A DNA stretch of 64,000 bases from Syntrophorhabdaceae bacterium (GCA_963665295.1 OY762209.1:4096001-4160000), one strand, 5' to 3'; counted from the stretch's first letter, positions 43,443-52,794 are shown. Made by a program: numbers and translations. The notes: generated by a model not told the origin, from the letters alone.

Positions 43443-43961
43443 CTAATTTAGAAAAGATTTTAGTTTTTCGCCTAACAGGGTGTGAGATACCCCGCTGCAC
43501 CGGCACTCCTCGTAATTCCTGTTGCCGCCGCACGTTTCGCACAATCCCTTGCAATCTTCCTTGCAGACCGGTTTGATGGGTATACTAAGCATAAGTTCTT
43601 CGTACACAAACGGGTCCAGGTCGATCTCATCACCCTCATAATAGTAAATATCGAGGTCCTCACCCGTCAGCTCCAACTCCGATGCCGACGGCATGAGCGC
43701 TTTCGGTGCAAGTTCTATATCAAGAAAGGTTTCCACAGGTAACGTAAATTCTTCCAGGCACTTGCTGCATGTCAGGGTCAGGGTGCATGCAATCCGTCCC
43801 TTCACGACTATTATGCCGCCGTTCTTTCCGGCCGTAAGCTCATAATTCGCGGGTCTAAGAAAAGCAACGTCGCCGTATCCTTCCATGTCCCGGAGTTTCG
43901 AAGCCTCTATCGCCCCTTCCACTACTGCCCGGTCTTCTATGTCAGAAACCTTGATAATCAT
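43443..43961 (-). CDS. yceD: YceD / DUF177 family protein
   Basis: CSKCL and P.KPVCKEDCKGLC..CG.N motifs; upstream of rpmF. Confidence 0.92.
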   Translation of the reverse strand: MIIKVSDIEDRAVVEGAIEASKLRDMEGYGDVAFLRPANYELTAGKNGGIIVVKGRIACTLTLTCSKCLEEFTLPVETFLDIELAPKALMPSASELELTGEDLDIYYYEGDEIDLDPFVYEELMLSIPIKPVCKEDCKGLCETCGGNRNYEECRCSGVSHTLLGEKLKSFLN

Positions 43962-43982
43962 CGAACCCCTTTAAAGTTTGAT

Positions 43983-44011
43983 AATATAATGGGTTTACCC
44001 TTGCTTGTCAA
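43983..44011 (-). promoter_or_regulatory. Sigma70 promoter of the yceD-rpmF-plsX-fab-rib supra-operon
   Basis: TTGACA (44011-44006), 17 nt, TATATT (43988-43983) on the - strand. Confidence 0.8.
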
Positions 44012-44089
44012 GCAAATTAACCCGTTGTAACCGTTGCCTTTTCCCGAAAATTGCCCACGAGGAAACCAAAACGGCGCCCACCTATGTCC

Positions 44090-44356
44090 TCAAAATCTCT
44101 CCGGGCTTTCGGCCATCCTCGACTCGAATTCACCTTCGCTGACGGGGATGGAAACAACTTTTCTCTTATCTTTCTCGCCTTTCAGTATCTTCACGTCTGA
44201 TTTTCTCACCCCGAAGACCTCGGCGAGAAAGCCCGCAAGTTCCTCATTGGCTTTGCCGTCTCTCGGAAGGGAGATCAGCTTTACCTTCAGCCCGGCCCCT
44301 TCCTTTTTGATTTCCTTCTTCTTTGCCCTGGTGACGACCTTGATCTCCACGTTCAT
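44090..44356 (-). CDS. DUF167 / YggU family protein
   Basis: IKVVTRAKK, P.DGKANEEL..FLA..F.V.KSDV.IL.G. Confidence 0.9.
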   Translation of the reverse strand: MNVEIKVVTRAKKKEIKKEGAGLKVKLISLPRDGKANEELAGFLAEVFGVRKSDVKILKGEKDKRKVVSIPVSEGEFESRMAESPERF

Positions 44357-44389
44357 GCCGTTATGTCTTCCCGATATTGCCTCATGTCC

Positions 44390-44689
44390 TTACCTCAGTC
44401 TCACGGCGAGATCGAAAAGACTGGCCACCACGAACTTCTGGAGAAAAATAACTATCAATATAATAATGAAAGGCGCCACGTCAAACATGCCTATCCTGGT
44501 GGGAAATATCCTGGATATCCGGTACGTCACAGGGTCCACGACCCCGTAGATGATCCGGACGAGAGGGTTGTACGGGTTGGGCCTTATCCATGAGAGGATG
44601 GTCCTTATAATCACCACCCACAGGTACATTTCAAGCAGTATATTCATCACATATGCTGCGCCGTTCAAAAAATTTCCAACAATGAACAT
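44390..44689 (-). CDS. yggT: YggT family membrane protein
   Basis: ILSWI.PNPYNP.V, DP, FDVAP; hydrophobic. Confidence 0.9.
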   Translation of the reverse strand: MFIVGNFLNGAAYVMNILLEMYLWVVIIRTILSWIRPNPYNPLVRIIYGVVDPVTYRISRIFPTRIGMFDVAPFIIILIVIFLQKFVVASLFDLAVRLR

Positions 44690-44734
44690 CAAACCTCCCA
44701 TATCAGGACATGAATGGAAAGGGGTCCGGGACGG

Positions 44735-46006
44735 TTAGCCCCCGCATACCTCGCCCATTACCGCGACTCCCTGTATTTCCTTTATTTTAACTTTGACCAG
44801 ATTATTTTCAAGACTTTTTTTGTATGGAACAAGAACGGGGATGTAGTTTTCCGTATAACCTCTCAGGTATGCCCCTTTATAAACCTTACTTTCAGGGATG
44901 ATCCATGCCTCGCTCCCGAGAAACCGCCCGTAGAACTCCTCCCTCTTTCTTGCGTCAAGTCTTTTGAGTGTGGATACCCTCTGTTTCTTTACCTCAACCG
45001 GCACCTTTGCCTCCATGACGGCAGCCGGAGTGCCGGGCCTGGCTGAAAAAGGAAACACGTGAAGATAATATATATCAAGAGAGTCAATGAGCGAATAAGT
45101 GGCCGCGAACGATTCTTCGTCCTCGGAAGGAAACCCGGCTATCACATCCATTCCTATGCCCACCCCTTCAATTCCCCTCACCAGCCGCTCAACTGTCTCC
45201 CTTATGTAATCACCCGTATAGTTTCTTCCCATCTTCTTCAATATCCTGTCGGACCCGCTCTGAAGAGGAATGTGGACGCTCTTCGCGATCTTGCGTGAAT
45301 GCGCCATAATTTCGATGAATTCATCATCGAGGTACAGGGGATCGACTGAACTGAGCCTTATTCGCGGGGGGGTCTCGCTCTCCTCCATGAGTCTGAGTAT
45401 TGCCCTCAGGTCCGCGCCCGTTTCTCCGTCCCGGTAAGCGGAGATCTCGATACCCGTGAGAACAACTTCCTTTACGCCCCACCTCGCAAGATCTCTCAGG
45501 GTTTCCATGACCTCCGGCACCGGTCTGCTTCTGGGCCTGCCCCTGCCGAGAGGGACCACGCAGTAGGAGCAAAAATGATCGCAACCGTCTTGTATCTTGA
45601 AGAAGAAACGTGTCTTTCCCTTTGGGAGACTGCGTATCCTGCCTTTCTCGATAGGGGAATCCTTTTCGGGAGAAACAAATGACCCTTCCTTCCCCAGGTA
45701 TTCCTCAATCCTGAATTTCTCGGTCCGGCCCAGGACCGTCTGGGCCCCGAAATTCTTATCAGGGTATACCTGGCCGTGACATCCGGTCAGTATGACCCGG
45801 GCATCAATGTTTTGACTGCCGAGCCTCCCCATGAACCTCCGCAGGTCCCGCTCCGCCCCGTCCGTTACTGCGCACGCGTTCACCACGATTATATCGGCGT
45901 CAGCCAGGGGGCCGGCGCAGTGGCCGGCGTCCTCGAGCCTGTTCATGATGACATGGGAATCCCACTGATTTGCCTTGCAGCCTGTGGTATGGATGTAAAA
46001 TTTCAT
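44735..46006 (-). CDS. mtaB: tRNA t6A37 methylthiotransferase MtaB (radical SAM MTTase)
   Basis: GCKANQ, NACAVT, TGC (auxiliary cluster); KIQDGCDHFCSYC; HVFPFS.RPGT.A. Confidence 0.9.
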   Translation of the reverse strand: MKFYIHTTGCKANQWDSHVIMNRLEDAGHCAGPLADADIIVVNACAVTDGAERDLRRFMGRLGSQNIDARVILTGCHGQVYPDKNFGAQTVLGRTEKFRIEEYLGKEGSFVSPEKDSPIEKGRIRSLPKGKTRFFFKIQDGCDHFCSYCVVPLGRGRPRSRPVPEVMETLRDLARWGVKEVVLTGIEISAYRDGETGADLRAILRLMEESETPPRIRLSSVDPLYLDDEFIEIMAHSRKIAKSVHIPLQSGSDRILKKMGRNYTGDYIRETVERLVRGIEGVGIGMDVIAGFPSEDEESFAATYSLIDSLDIYYLHVFPFSARPGTPAAVMEAKVPVEVKKQRVSTLKRLDARKREEFYGRFLGSEAWIIPESKVYKGAYLRGYTENYIPVLVPYKKSLENNLVKVKIKEIQGVAVMGEVCGG

Positions 46007-46094
46007 CGAGACGGTCCTTCATTTGTATGGCATGGATCTCTGCGATTTCCGGATACGCCTTCACTGAAAACGCATCGGGTTCATCGCAAGACCG

Positions 46095-47255
46095 TTACTT
46101 TTCATAGAGAGGTGACATGGCCCGCAGTCTTTCCACTACACCGGGGATAACCGAGAGGGCGTAATCTATATCCTCCTCCGTATTATCCTTGCCGAGACTG
46201 AAGCGGACCGCGCTCTGACACAGTATTGCCGGTATGCCCATGGCAGTGAGTACTGGTGAAGGCTCGGAAGAACCCGAGGAACACGCGGAACCCGAAGAGA
46301 CTGCAATTCCATTCATATCCAGGGCAATAACCAGGGACTCCCCCTCCGCGCCCTCGAAACTCAGATTGAGTGTGTTGGGCAATCTCCGGTCAGGATCCCC
46401 ATTCAGCGTCACCTTGTCCACGCGCCCCATAATACCCTCAACCAGTCTGCGCCTCAGGGACTCTATTCTCGCGTTCCGTCGGTCCATCTCGTTCCGCGCA
46501 AGCTCGCACGCTTTGCCGAAAGCCACTATGCCGACCATGTTCTCAGTGCCCGCTCTTCGCGAGGACTCCTGATGTCCGCCGTGGACAAGAGCGTCCAATT
46601 CGACGCCGCCCCTTATAAAGAGGGCCCCGACGCCTTTGGGCGCATATATCTTATGACCCGAGAAACTGGCGAGGTCGACGTTGAGGGCTTCCATATCACA
46701 CGGGATCTTGCCCAGGGCCTGCACCATATCGGAGTGAAACAGAATGCCCCGTTCCCTCGCGATCTCTCCGATCTCCTTTATGGGCATCACGGTTCCCGTC
46801 TCATTATTCGCATACATGACGGTAATCAGTACCGTCTCCTTCCGTATAGCCTCCCTCACTTCCTCGGCTTCCACACGACCGTTTCGGTCAACGGAAAGGT
46901 AAGTAACGATATATCCCTGTGATTCTAAATACTTACATGAATTAAGGACTGCAGGATGTTCTACAGTGGTTGTAATTATATGATTTCCTTCACTTTTTCT
47001 TGAATAGGCCACGCCTTTCACGGCATGGTTGTCACTTTCGGACCCGCAACTTGTGAAGACGACCTCCCCGGGGTCCGCGTGAATCATCGCAGCCACCTGC
47101 TCCTTCGCTAATTCATGACAACCTCGTGTCTCTCTTCCCGCCCAGTGGAGGCTCGATGGGTTTCCAAACAGCTCCTCAAGAAAAGGCCGCATCGACGCGG
47201 CGACCTCAGGATCGACAGGAGTGGTCGCATTATAGTCGAAATAAACCCTTCGCAT
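46095..47255 (-). CDS. iscS: Cysteine desulfurase (IscS/NifS group I)
   Basis: YFDYNATT, GNPSS, NNETG, SGHKIY.PKG, SSGSACSSG; real start ATG 47255, so the ORF track over-extends it. Confidence 0.92.
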   Translation of the reverse strand: MRRVYFDYNATTPVDPEVAASMRPFLEELFGNPSSLHWAGRETRGCHELAKEQVAAMIHADPGEVVFTSCGSESDNHAVKGVAYSRKSEGNHIITTTVEHPAVLNSCKYLESQGYIVTYLSVDRNGRVEAEEVREAIRKETVLITVMYANNETGTVMPIKEIGEIARERGILFHSDMVQALGKIPCDMEALNVDLASFSGHKIYAPKGVGALFIRGGVELDALVHGGHQESSRRAGTENMVGIVAFGKACELARNEMDRRNARIESLRRRLVEGIMGRVDKVTLNGDPDRRLPNTLNLSFEGAEGESLVIALDMNGIAVSSGSACSSGSSEPSPVLTAMGIPAILCQSAVRFSLGKDNTEEDIDYALSVIPGVVERLRAMSPLYEK

Positions 47256-47266
47256 GGCTCTCCCGG

Positions 47267-47674
47267 CTAATCGAAAAAGACATTCATCGCTTTGACAGGG
47301 CACACCCTGACGCACAGTTCGCATGCCACGCATTTTTCGTAGTCGAATACCACGTTCATGGTCTCCCTGTCCAGATGTAACGCCTCGGGGGCGCAGACAC
47401 TGGTGCACACGCCACAGTGAACGCACTTCGACTCATTTCTCTGGATATCCTGCTCTATCGGTTCAGTGTCGATATTAAGGCTCTTCAGATACTGGATGCC
47501 CTTCCCGAAGTTCTCCTCCGTGCCCTCTATCTCCAGCACCATCATGGATTCGGCCCTTGGAGACACGTTTGCCCTCAGAATGTTGAAAACAAGATCATAC
47601 CCTTTCGCCAGTTTGTAGACTATGGGCTTGTCTATGGTGTTTCTCTTGAACCTCAGAATTATTCTCTTTTTCAT
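47267..47674 (-). CDS. NIL domain + 2x[4Fe-4S] ferredoxin (MA1822-like)
   Basis: PIVYKLAK.YDL.FNILRA (NIL); CVHCGVCTSVC and CVACELCVRVCP. Confidence 0.9.
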   Translation of the reverse strand: MKKRIILRFKRNTIDKPIVYKLAKGYDLVFNILRANVSPRAESMMVLEIEGTEENFGKGIQYLKSLNIDTEPIEQDIQRNESKCVHCGVCTSVCAPEALHLDRETMNVVFDYEKCVACELCVRVCPVKAMNVFFD

Positions 47675-47726
47675 GCCGAACCTCACTTAATTTTGTTCCA
47701 GCCGCCCGCGCGAACGCCTTAAGCCT

Positions 47727-48449
47727 TCAAATTTTCACGATCTCCAAATCTCCCCACAACCCGATATGATCGCCGAGTATGATCAGAATACCCAAAACGC
47801 CGGGGTACTTCTTCCCTACATCAATGGCGTGGGGTATATCATCTTTCCGTTTGACAATATTGCCCACCCTCGTTGCAAGCCCATCGGCAAGAAGGGCGGA
47901 CCTCCCTACAATACACACTGCATCGGCTCTGCCGAAGCTTATGGAAGGGCCCACCGTTCCCGAAGACGTGCACACCCCGTAGGGTATGCGGTCAGGCTTG
48001 ATCCGGATTCCTATCCTTCGACTGAAAGGGGAATCCTTGGCATAGACCAGTACCACCCTTTCCCGTTTGGTCAGGAGGGCTATATCCCCCCCATTCTCTA
48101 TCATGTATTCGTCCGTAAGGGGGGTAATATCCTTCCCCACAAACTCTGCGATTGCGCCCGCCACCGTGGCCATGGGCCCAATGCCGAGGCTCGCCGAAAC
48201 ATTGATCATTTCTCTTAACAGCGCCGGAGCGAAGAGATCATCAGGGACAGGCGTCAGACTCTCACGGAATTCCGGTTTCAATCTAATGTACTCTTCCAGT
48301 TGATTTCTGTAGAAAAGCACTCTCTCCTCAATAAATCCGCTTAAGTCTTCTCCTGTGCAACAGAACAAGTCTGTTTCCTTGATCTTCACCTCATAACACT
48401 TGAGGTCACGGGGTCTTGAAATACCCCTGTAGAATCTCTCCTCGTACAT
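47727..48449 (-). CDS. UPF0280 / ApbE-like family protein (MA1715-like)
   Basis: ETDL, GPMATVAGAIA, ENGGDI, CTSSGTVGPSISFGRADA; start ATG 48449 (MYEERFYR). Confidence 0.9.
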   Translation of the reverse strand: MYEERFYRGISRPRDLKCYEVKIKETDLFCCTGEDLSGFIEERVLFYRNQLEEYIRLKPEFRESLTPVPDDLFAPALLREMINVSASLGIGPMATVAGAIAEFVGKDITPLTDEYMIENGGDIALLTKRERVVLVYAKDSPFSRRIGIRIKPDRIPYGVCTSSGTVGPSISFGRADAVCIVGRSALLADGLATRVGNIVKRKDDIPHAIDVGKKYPGVLGILIILGDHIGLWGDLEIVKI

Positions 48450-48627
48450 AAAATCCCTGTCCCCGGACGAAGCCCTCCAGGATCGCAGGTTCGGACTTCG
48501 AAGCACCTCCTATGCCGCCCATCACATGAAGCCGGAATTGATGAGCCGGATACTCACGGTGTCCCGGCCGCTACGTTGTCAAAATATGCGGCCCACCTTC
48601 GCGAATCCTTTTGAACATGAGGACTTA

Positions 48628-48656
48628 AATATATCAATCCTGACTTTATCTGTCAA
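48628..48656 (-). promoter_or_regulatory. Sigma70 promoter of the UPF0280-ferredoxin-iscS-mtaB operon
   Basis: TTGACA (48656-48651), 17 nt, TATATT (48633-48628) on the - strand. Confidence 0.75.
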
Positions 48657-48739
48657 ATAAAAGGACCTATTCCTTCCCGGCTACAATTTCTCGTAAAATA
48701 GGATATACTTGTATCAGTGACACCCGGGAGACAGACACT

Positions 48740-51700
48740 ATGAATTATGACCACGGGGGCAACAAGGGCGGGGAGGACCCTCTGCGCGATCTCGCCGAGT
48801 CGAACCGGCGGGTCAATGAACTGGAGAAGATAGAGAAGGACCGTGCCTGCGCGCACGAGCAGATACTCAAAGTGAATGCAGTAAAGGAAGGCCTCATCGG
48901 CCCCGGAAATCCTGGAGAAAAACTCTCCCGCGTGGCTGAGGCAATGGCGGAAATCTTTGACGCCTCCCTGGCTCGGATATGGATTGCAGGCGCAGCCGAT
49001 CTATGCAACAAAGGCTGCCCTTGCAGGGTACCGGACGCAAATCCCGACTCGTGCCGGGGGCGCACCCGCTGTCTTCATCTCGTGGCGTATTCGGACGCCG
49101 GTTGCACCCGTGCCGACGACAGGCACTTACGGATGCCCTCCGACGGCAACGAGATTCAATACCTCATATCAGGAACGGAGTTCGGGTCTTCTGCAGACAC
49201 CACTAACGTCTTCCCTCTCTCCGACCATCTATGGACCGGAACCCTGGGCTTGACTTCGTGCGCGGCACACAGGCTTTTTTCCCGGTCAGGCACGGCCGTA
49301 GGCATCATTGCCATCTTTGCCTCACGGGCGATGAATTCCCTGGAAGTGTCGCTCTTCAAGGACTTTGCCACCTTCACTTCTCTGCTTGTCCAGTTGGGAG
49401 AGGCCGAGGAGAAGGATTTACCCGAAGGCCACGAAACATACCGGAGCATCTTCGAGAATGCGGTTGTGGGCGCCTTTCAGGGCACGCCTCAGGGGAAATT
49501 CATCCAGGTGAACCCGGCATTCGCACGTATGCATGGATATTCATCTCCCGAGGAGATGATAGACGCGGTGAGCGGTATCGAGGAGGATCTATGCGCAAAT
49601 CCTCCCGAAGGGAGACATCTGCGGCACATCCTTCAAACAGACGGGGTTGTGGAGAATTTCGAGATGCGGGTTGTAAGAGGGGACGGTGTCCCGATCTGGA
49701 CATCGATCAGCGCCAGGGCGGTGAAAGACCTCACAGGCAAGGTGCTCCGCTTCGAAGGCACCGTAGTCGATATATCAGATCGCAAGTATGCGGAGGCAGC
49801 CCTGAAGGAGAGAGAGGGCATCCTATGGGCGCTGGTCAACGCTGTTCAGGAGACTTTGATGCTTCTCGGCCCGGACGGTACGGTCCTGTTGGCCAACGAG
49901 ATACTCGCCCGGAGATTGGGCACCACGCCTCAGGAACTCATCGGCTCCAACCTTTACGATCATCTGCCCCCTGAGGTCGCACAATTTCGCAGGAAACAGT
50001 TTGAATGGGTTGCCGCCATGGGAGAATCGGTCCATTTCACTGATGTGAGAAAAGGCAGGCACTACGAAACGCACGCGTACCCCGTCTTCGGCGAAGGGAA
50101 AGTGACAGCCGTGGCCGTGTTCGCCTATGACATAACCGAGCGGGGACAGTCCGAGCAGAGACTCCTGGAGTCAGAGGAGCGTTACCGCGTGGCAACGGAA
50201 CAGTCCAATGACGGGGTTGTCATCCTCAGAGGTAACGAGCGTCTTTACTATAACCGGAAGTATCTGGAAATGCTCGGCTACGAACCTGAAGAACTTGCGG
50301 GGACATCTCCTTTCTCCACCGTCCATCCGGGTGACAGACAGATGGTGGTTGAGAACGCAAGACGGAGACAAAAAGGGGAAAGTGTCCCGTCAAAATATGA
50401 ATGCAGGATGATAAGAAAGGACGGCTCCGAATTTCATGTTGAAATCTCGGCATCCACCATCATTTACGACGGCGCTCCGGCATCGCTCGGGTATATCCGG
50501 GACGTTACTTTCCGAAAACACGTGGAGGAAACGCTCCACGAATCGGAGCTAAAATACCGGAGCGTGGTAGAGAGTTCTCTCGTGGGCTTCTATCTGATAC
50601 AGGATGACCTGTTCCGCTTCGTCAATCAGCGCTTTTGTGAAATATTCGGATTCACCCACGATGAAATCGTGGACAAACTCGGCCCTCTGGATCTCGCTCA
50701 CCCCGATGACAGGGCCCTCATCAAAGAAAACCTCCTGAAGAGACTGACCGGCGAGAAGGACCGCATCGAGTATGAATTCAGAGGCTTCAGAAAGGACCGT
50801 AAGCCCATCACCGTCAAGGTGTTCGGCGGTTGCCTCACCTACCGGGGAAAGATAGCCGCCGTCGGTACCCTTATGGACACTACAAGAGAAAACATGCTTG
50901 AATCGCAACTTCGCCAGTCTCAAAAGATGGAGGCCATAGGTATCCTCACCGGTGGCATCGCCCACGATTTCAATAACATCCTGACTGCAATCATCGGATA
51001 CGGTACTCTCCTCAGAATGCAGATAGGGGACCGGGATGTCCTGAGATTGTATGTGGACGACATCCTGTCGTCCTCGGAGAAAGCCGCCGCCCTCACTCAG
51101 GCGCTCCTCGCTTTCAGCAGGCAGCAGCCGGTAAGCCTGGCGCCTGTGGACCTGAACGAACTGGTAAAAGGAACGGTAGCCCTCCTGGGACGACTGCTCA
51201 CGGAAGATATAGCTATGGATACTTCTCTGGCTCCGGAAAAGATCGTCATAATGGCGGATGCGAGCCGCATAGACCAGATATTGATCAATCTCGCCACGAA
51301 TGCGCGGGATGCGATGCAAAACGGCGGGACCCTGACGGTGGAGACGAAACGCGTGCAGTTGGATAGTGAATTCATTCATTTCCACGGGTATGGTGCGGAG
51401 GGATATTATGCCTTGATCACGGTAATCGATACCGGCTCCGGAATGGACGCTCAAACGAGAGAGCGAATATTCGATCCCTTCTTTACCACCAAGCCGGTAG
51501 GGAAAGGCACCGGCCTCGGTCTGTCCACCGTGTACGGGATTGTAAAACAGCATGACGGGTATATCAATGTATACAGCGAACCCGGGCACGGTACGACCTT
51601 CAACATCTATTTCCCTGTCGCATCTCCGGAATATGTCGAAATAGACGGACCCCGCCCCGAAGCAAGAGGTGGAACCGAAACAATCCTCGTTGCGGAAGAC

Positions 51701-52036
51701 GATAAGGACGTAAGACGCTACGTCGTGGAAATACTCGTGAAGCATGGGTATCGCGTTATTGAGGCTATCGACGGTCAGGATGCCATCGACAAGTTCAGAG
51801 AGCATCACCGGATCGATCTTGTCCTTATCGACTCTGTCATGCCGAGACGAAACGGAAGAGAAGCGTACGATGAAATAAGGCGCATGGCTCCCCATGTCAA
51901 GGCAGTCTTCACGAGTGGATACACAAGGGACGTAATCCTCGACAAGGGTATCGGAGACAGGGAATTCGAATTCATATCTAAGCCCCTCCTACCCCACGCC
52001 CTTCTCGCCAAGGTCAGAGAAGTGCTCGACAAATAA
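48740..52036 (+). CDS. Cytoplasmic hybrid histidine kinase: Cys-rich GAF, four PAS, HisKA, HATPase, REC
   Basis: GGIAHDFNNIL, NARDAM, DTGSGM, PFFTTK..GKGTGLGL; receiver VAEDD..IDSVMP..SKP; no TM seen. Confidence 0.93.
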   Translation: MNYDHGGNKGGEDPLRDLAESNRRVNELEKIEKDRACAHEQILKVNAVKEGLIGPGNPGEKLSRVAEAMAEIFDASLARIWIAGAADLCNKGCPCRVPDANPDSCRGRTRCLHLVAYSDAGCTRADDRHLRMPSDGNEIQYLISGTEFGSSADTTNVFPLSDHLWTGTLGLTSCAAHRLFSRSGTAVGIIAIFASRAMNSLEVSLFKDFATFTSLLVQLGEAEEKDLPEGHETYRSIFENAVVGAFQGTPQGKFIQVNPAFARMHGYSSPEEMIDAVSGIEEDLCANPPEGRHLRHILQTDGVVENFEMRVVRGDGVPIWTSISARAVKDLTGKVLRFEGTVVDISDRKYAEAALKEREGILWALVNAVQETLMLLGPDGTVLLANEILARRLGTTPQELIGSNLYDHLPPEVAQFRRKQFEWVAAMGESVHFTDVRKGRHYETHAYPVFGEGKVTAVAVFAYDITERGQSEQRLLESEERYRVATEQSNDGVVILRGNERLYYNRKYLEMLGYEPEELAGTSPFSTVHPGDRQMVVENARRRQKGESVPSKYECRMIRKDGSEFHVEISASTIIYDGAPASLGYIRDVTFRKHVEETLHESELKYRSVVESSLVGFYLIQDDLFRFVNQRFCEIFGFTHDEIVDKLGPLDLAHPDDRALIKENLLKRLTGEKDRIEYEFRGFRKDRKPITVKVFGGCLTYRGKIAAVGTLMDTTRENMLESQLRQSQKMEAIGILTGGIAHDFNNILTAIIGYGTLLRMQIGDRDVLRLYVDDILSSSEKAAALTQALLAFSRQQPVSLAPVDLNELVKGTVALLGRLLTEDIAMDTSLAPEKIVIMADASRIDQILINLATNARDAMQNGGTLTVETKRVQLDSEFIHFHGYGAEGYYALITVIDTGSGMDAQTRERIFDPFFTTKPVGKGTGLGLSTVYGIVKQHDGYINVYSEPGHGTTFNIYFPVASPEYVEIDGPRPEARGGTETILVAEDDKDVRRYVVEILVKHGYRVIEAIDGQDAIDKFREHHRIDLVLIDSVMPRRNGREAYDEIRRMAPHVKAVFTSGYTRDVILDKGIGDREFEFISKPLLPHALLAKVREVLDK

Positions 52037-52072
52037 CCGCGCAACCCCCCCCTTCCCCCGCGTATCCGGGGG

Positions 52073-52101
52073 TTGACAGAAGAGGGCAAAAAAACTACTC
52101 T
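52073..52101 (+). promoter_or_regulatory. Sigma70 promoter of the cyclophilin gene
   Basis: TTGACA (52073-52078), 17 nt, TACTCT (52096-52101). Confidence 0.7.
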
Positions 52102-52164
52102 ATTTAAGGCAGTGCCGGGTTCCCGATCAATGGCTTTATCAGACCCGAAACCCTGACGGAACGG

Positions 52165-52794
52165 ATGGTCATGAGAAAGAGCGTCAACTTACTCGTTACA
52201 TTGTTCATCGCGGTATTCTTCCTTTGTTGGGGGGCGGCTGCTGCCGAGAAAAATACAGAGAAAGGCGGAAAAATGACACAGACTCCATTGACTGCAATCA
52301 TTCACACAACGAAAGGGGATATCCGGCTCAGACTCTTCCCCGATAAAGCCCCTCTCACGGTCCTTAATTTTGTAAACCTTTCGAGCAAGGGGTTTTATGA
52401 TGGACTGTCCTTCCACAGGGTCATCCCGGATTTCATGATCCAGGGAGGGTGCCCGCTGGGGACCGGGACAGGAGGTCCGGGATACCGTTTCAAAGACGAA
52501 TTTTCCCCGGAATTGAGACACGACAAGCCCGGCATGCTCTCTATGGCCAACGCCGGTCCCGGCACGAATGGAAGCCAGTTTTTCATCACTCATGTCCCCA
52601 CCCCGTGGCTCGACAACAGGCACGCCATCTTTGGACAGGTTGTGGGCGATGAAGACCAGAAAGTGGTGAACAGCATTGTCGTGGGCGACAAGATCAATTC
52701 CATCACCATACAGGGCGACTATGCGGACCTGGCCGAACAGCACAAGGACCTGTTGGAGAAATGGAACAAGGCATTGCCTCCGGCGAAGGAATAG
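52165..52794 (+). CDS. Cyclophilin-type peptidyl-prolyl isomerase with signal peptide
   Basis: [42 protein letters not shown]-terminal AAAA cleavage-like site. Confidence 0.94.
   Translation: MVMRKSVNLLVTLFIAVFFLCWGAAAAEKNTEKGGKMTQTPLTAIIHTTKGDIRLRLFPDKAPLTVLNFVNLSSKGFYDGLSFHRVIPDFMIQGGCPLGTGTGGPGYRFKDEFSPELRHDKPGMLSMANAGPGTNGSQFFITHVPTPWLDNRHAIFGQVVGDEDQKVVNSIVVGDKINSITIQGDYADLAEQHKDLLEKWNKALPPAKE

Noticed and set aside
47256..47426. 57-aa N-terminal extension of the cysteine desulfurase in the ORF track; similar over-extensions for pdxJ, ribD, ribBA, the GlcD-type gene, the L,D-transpeptidase and cytochrome c
   Set aside because: They overlap upstream genes or precede a clear SD and family-typical start, so starts were trimmed.
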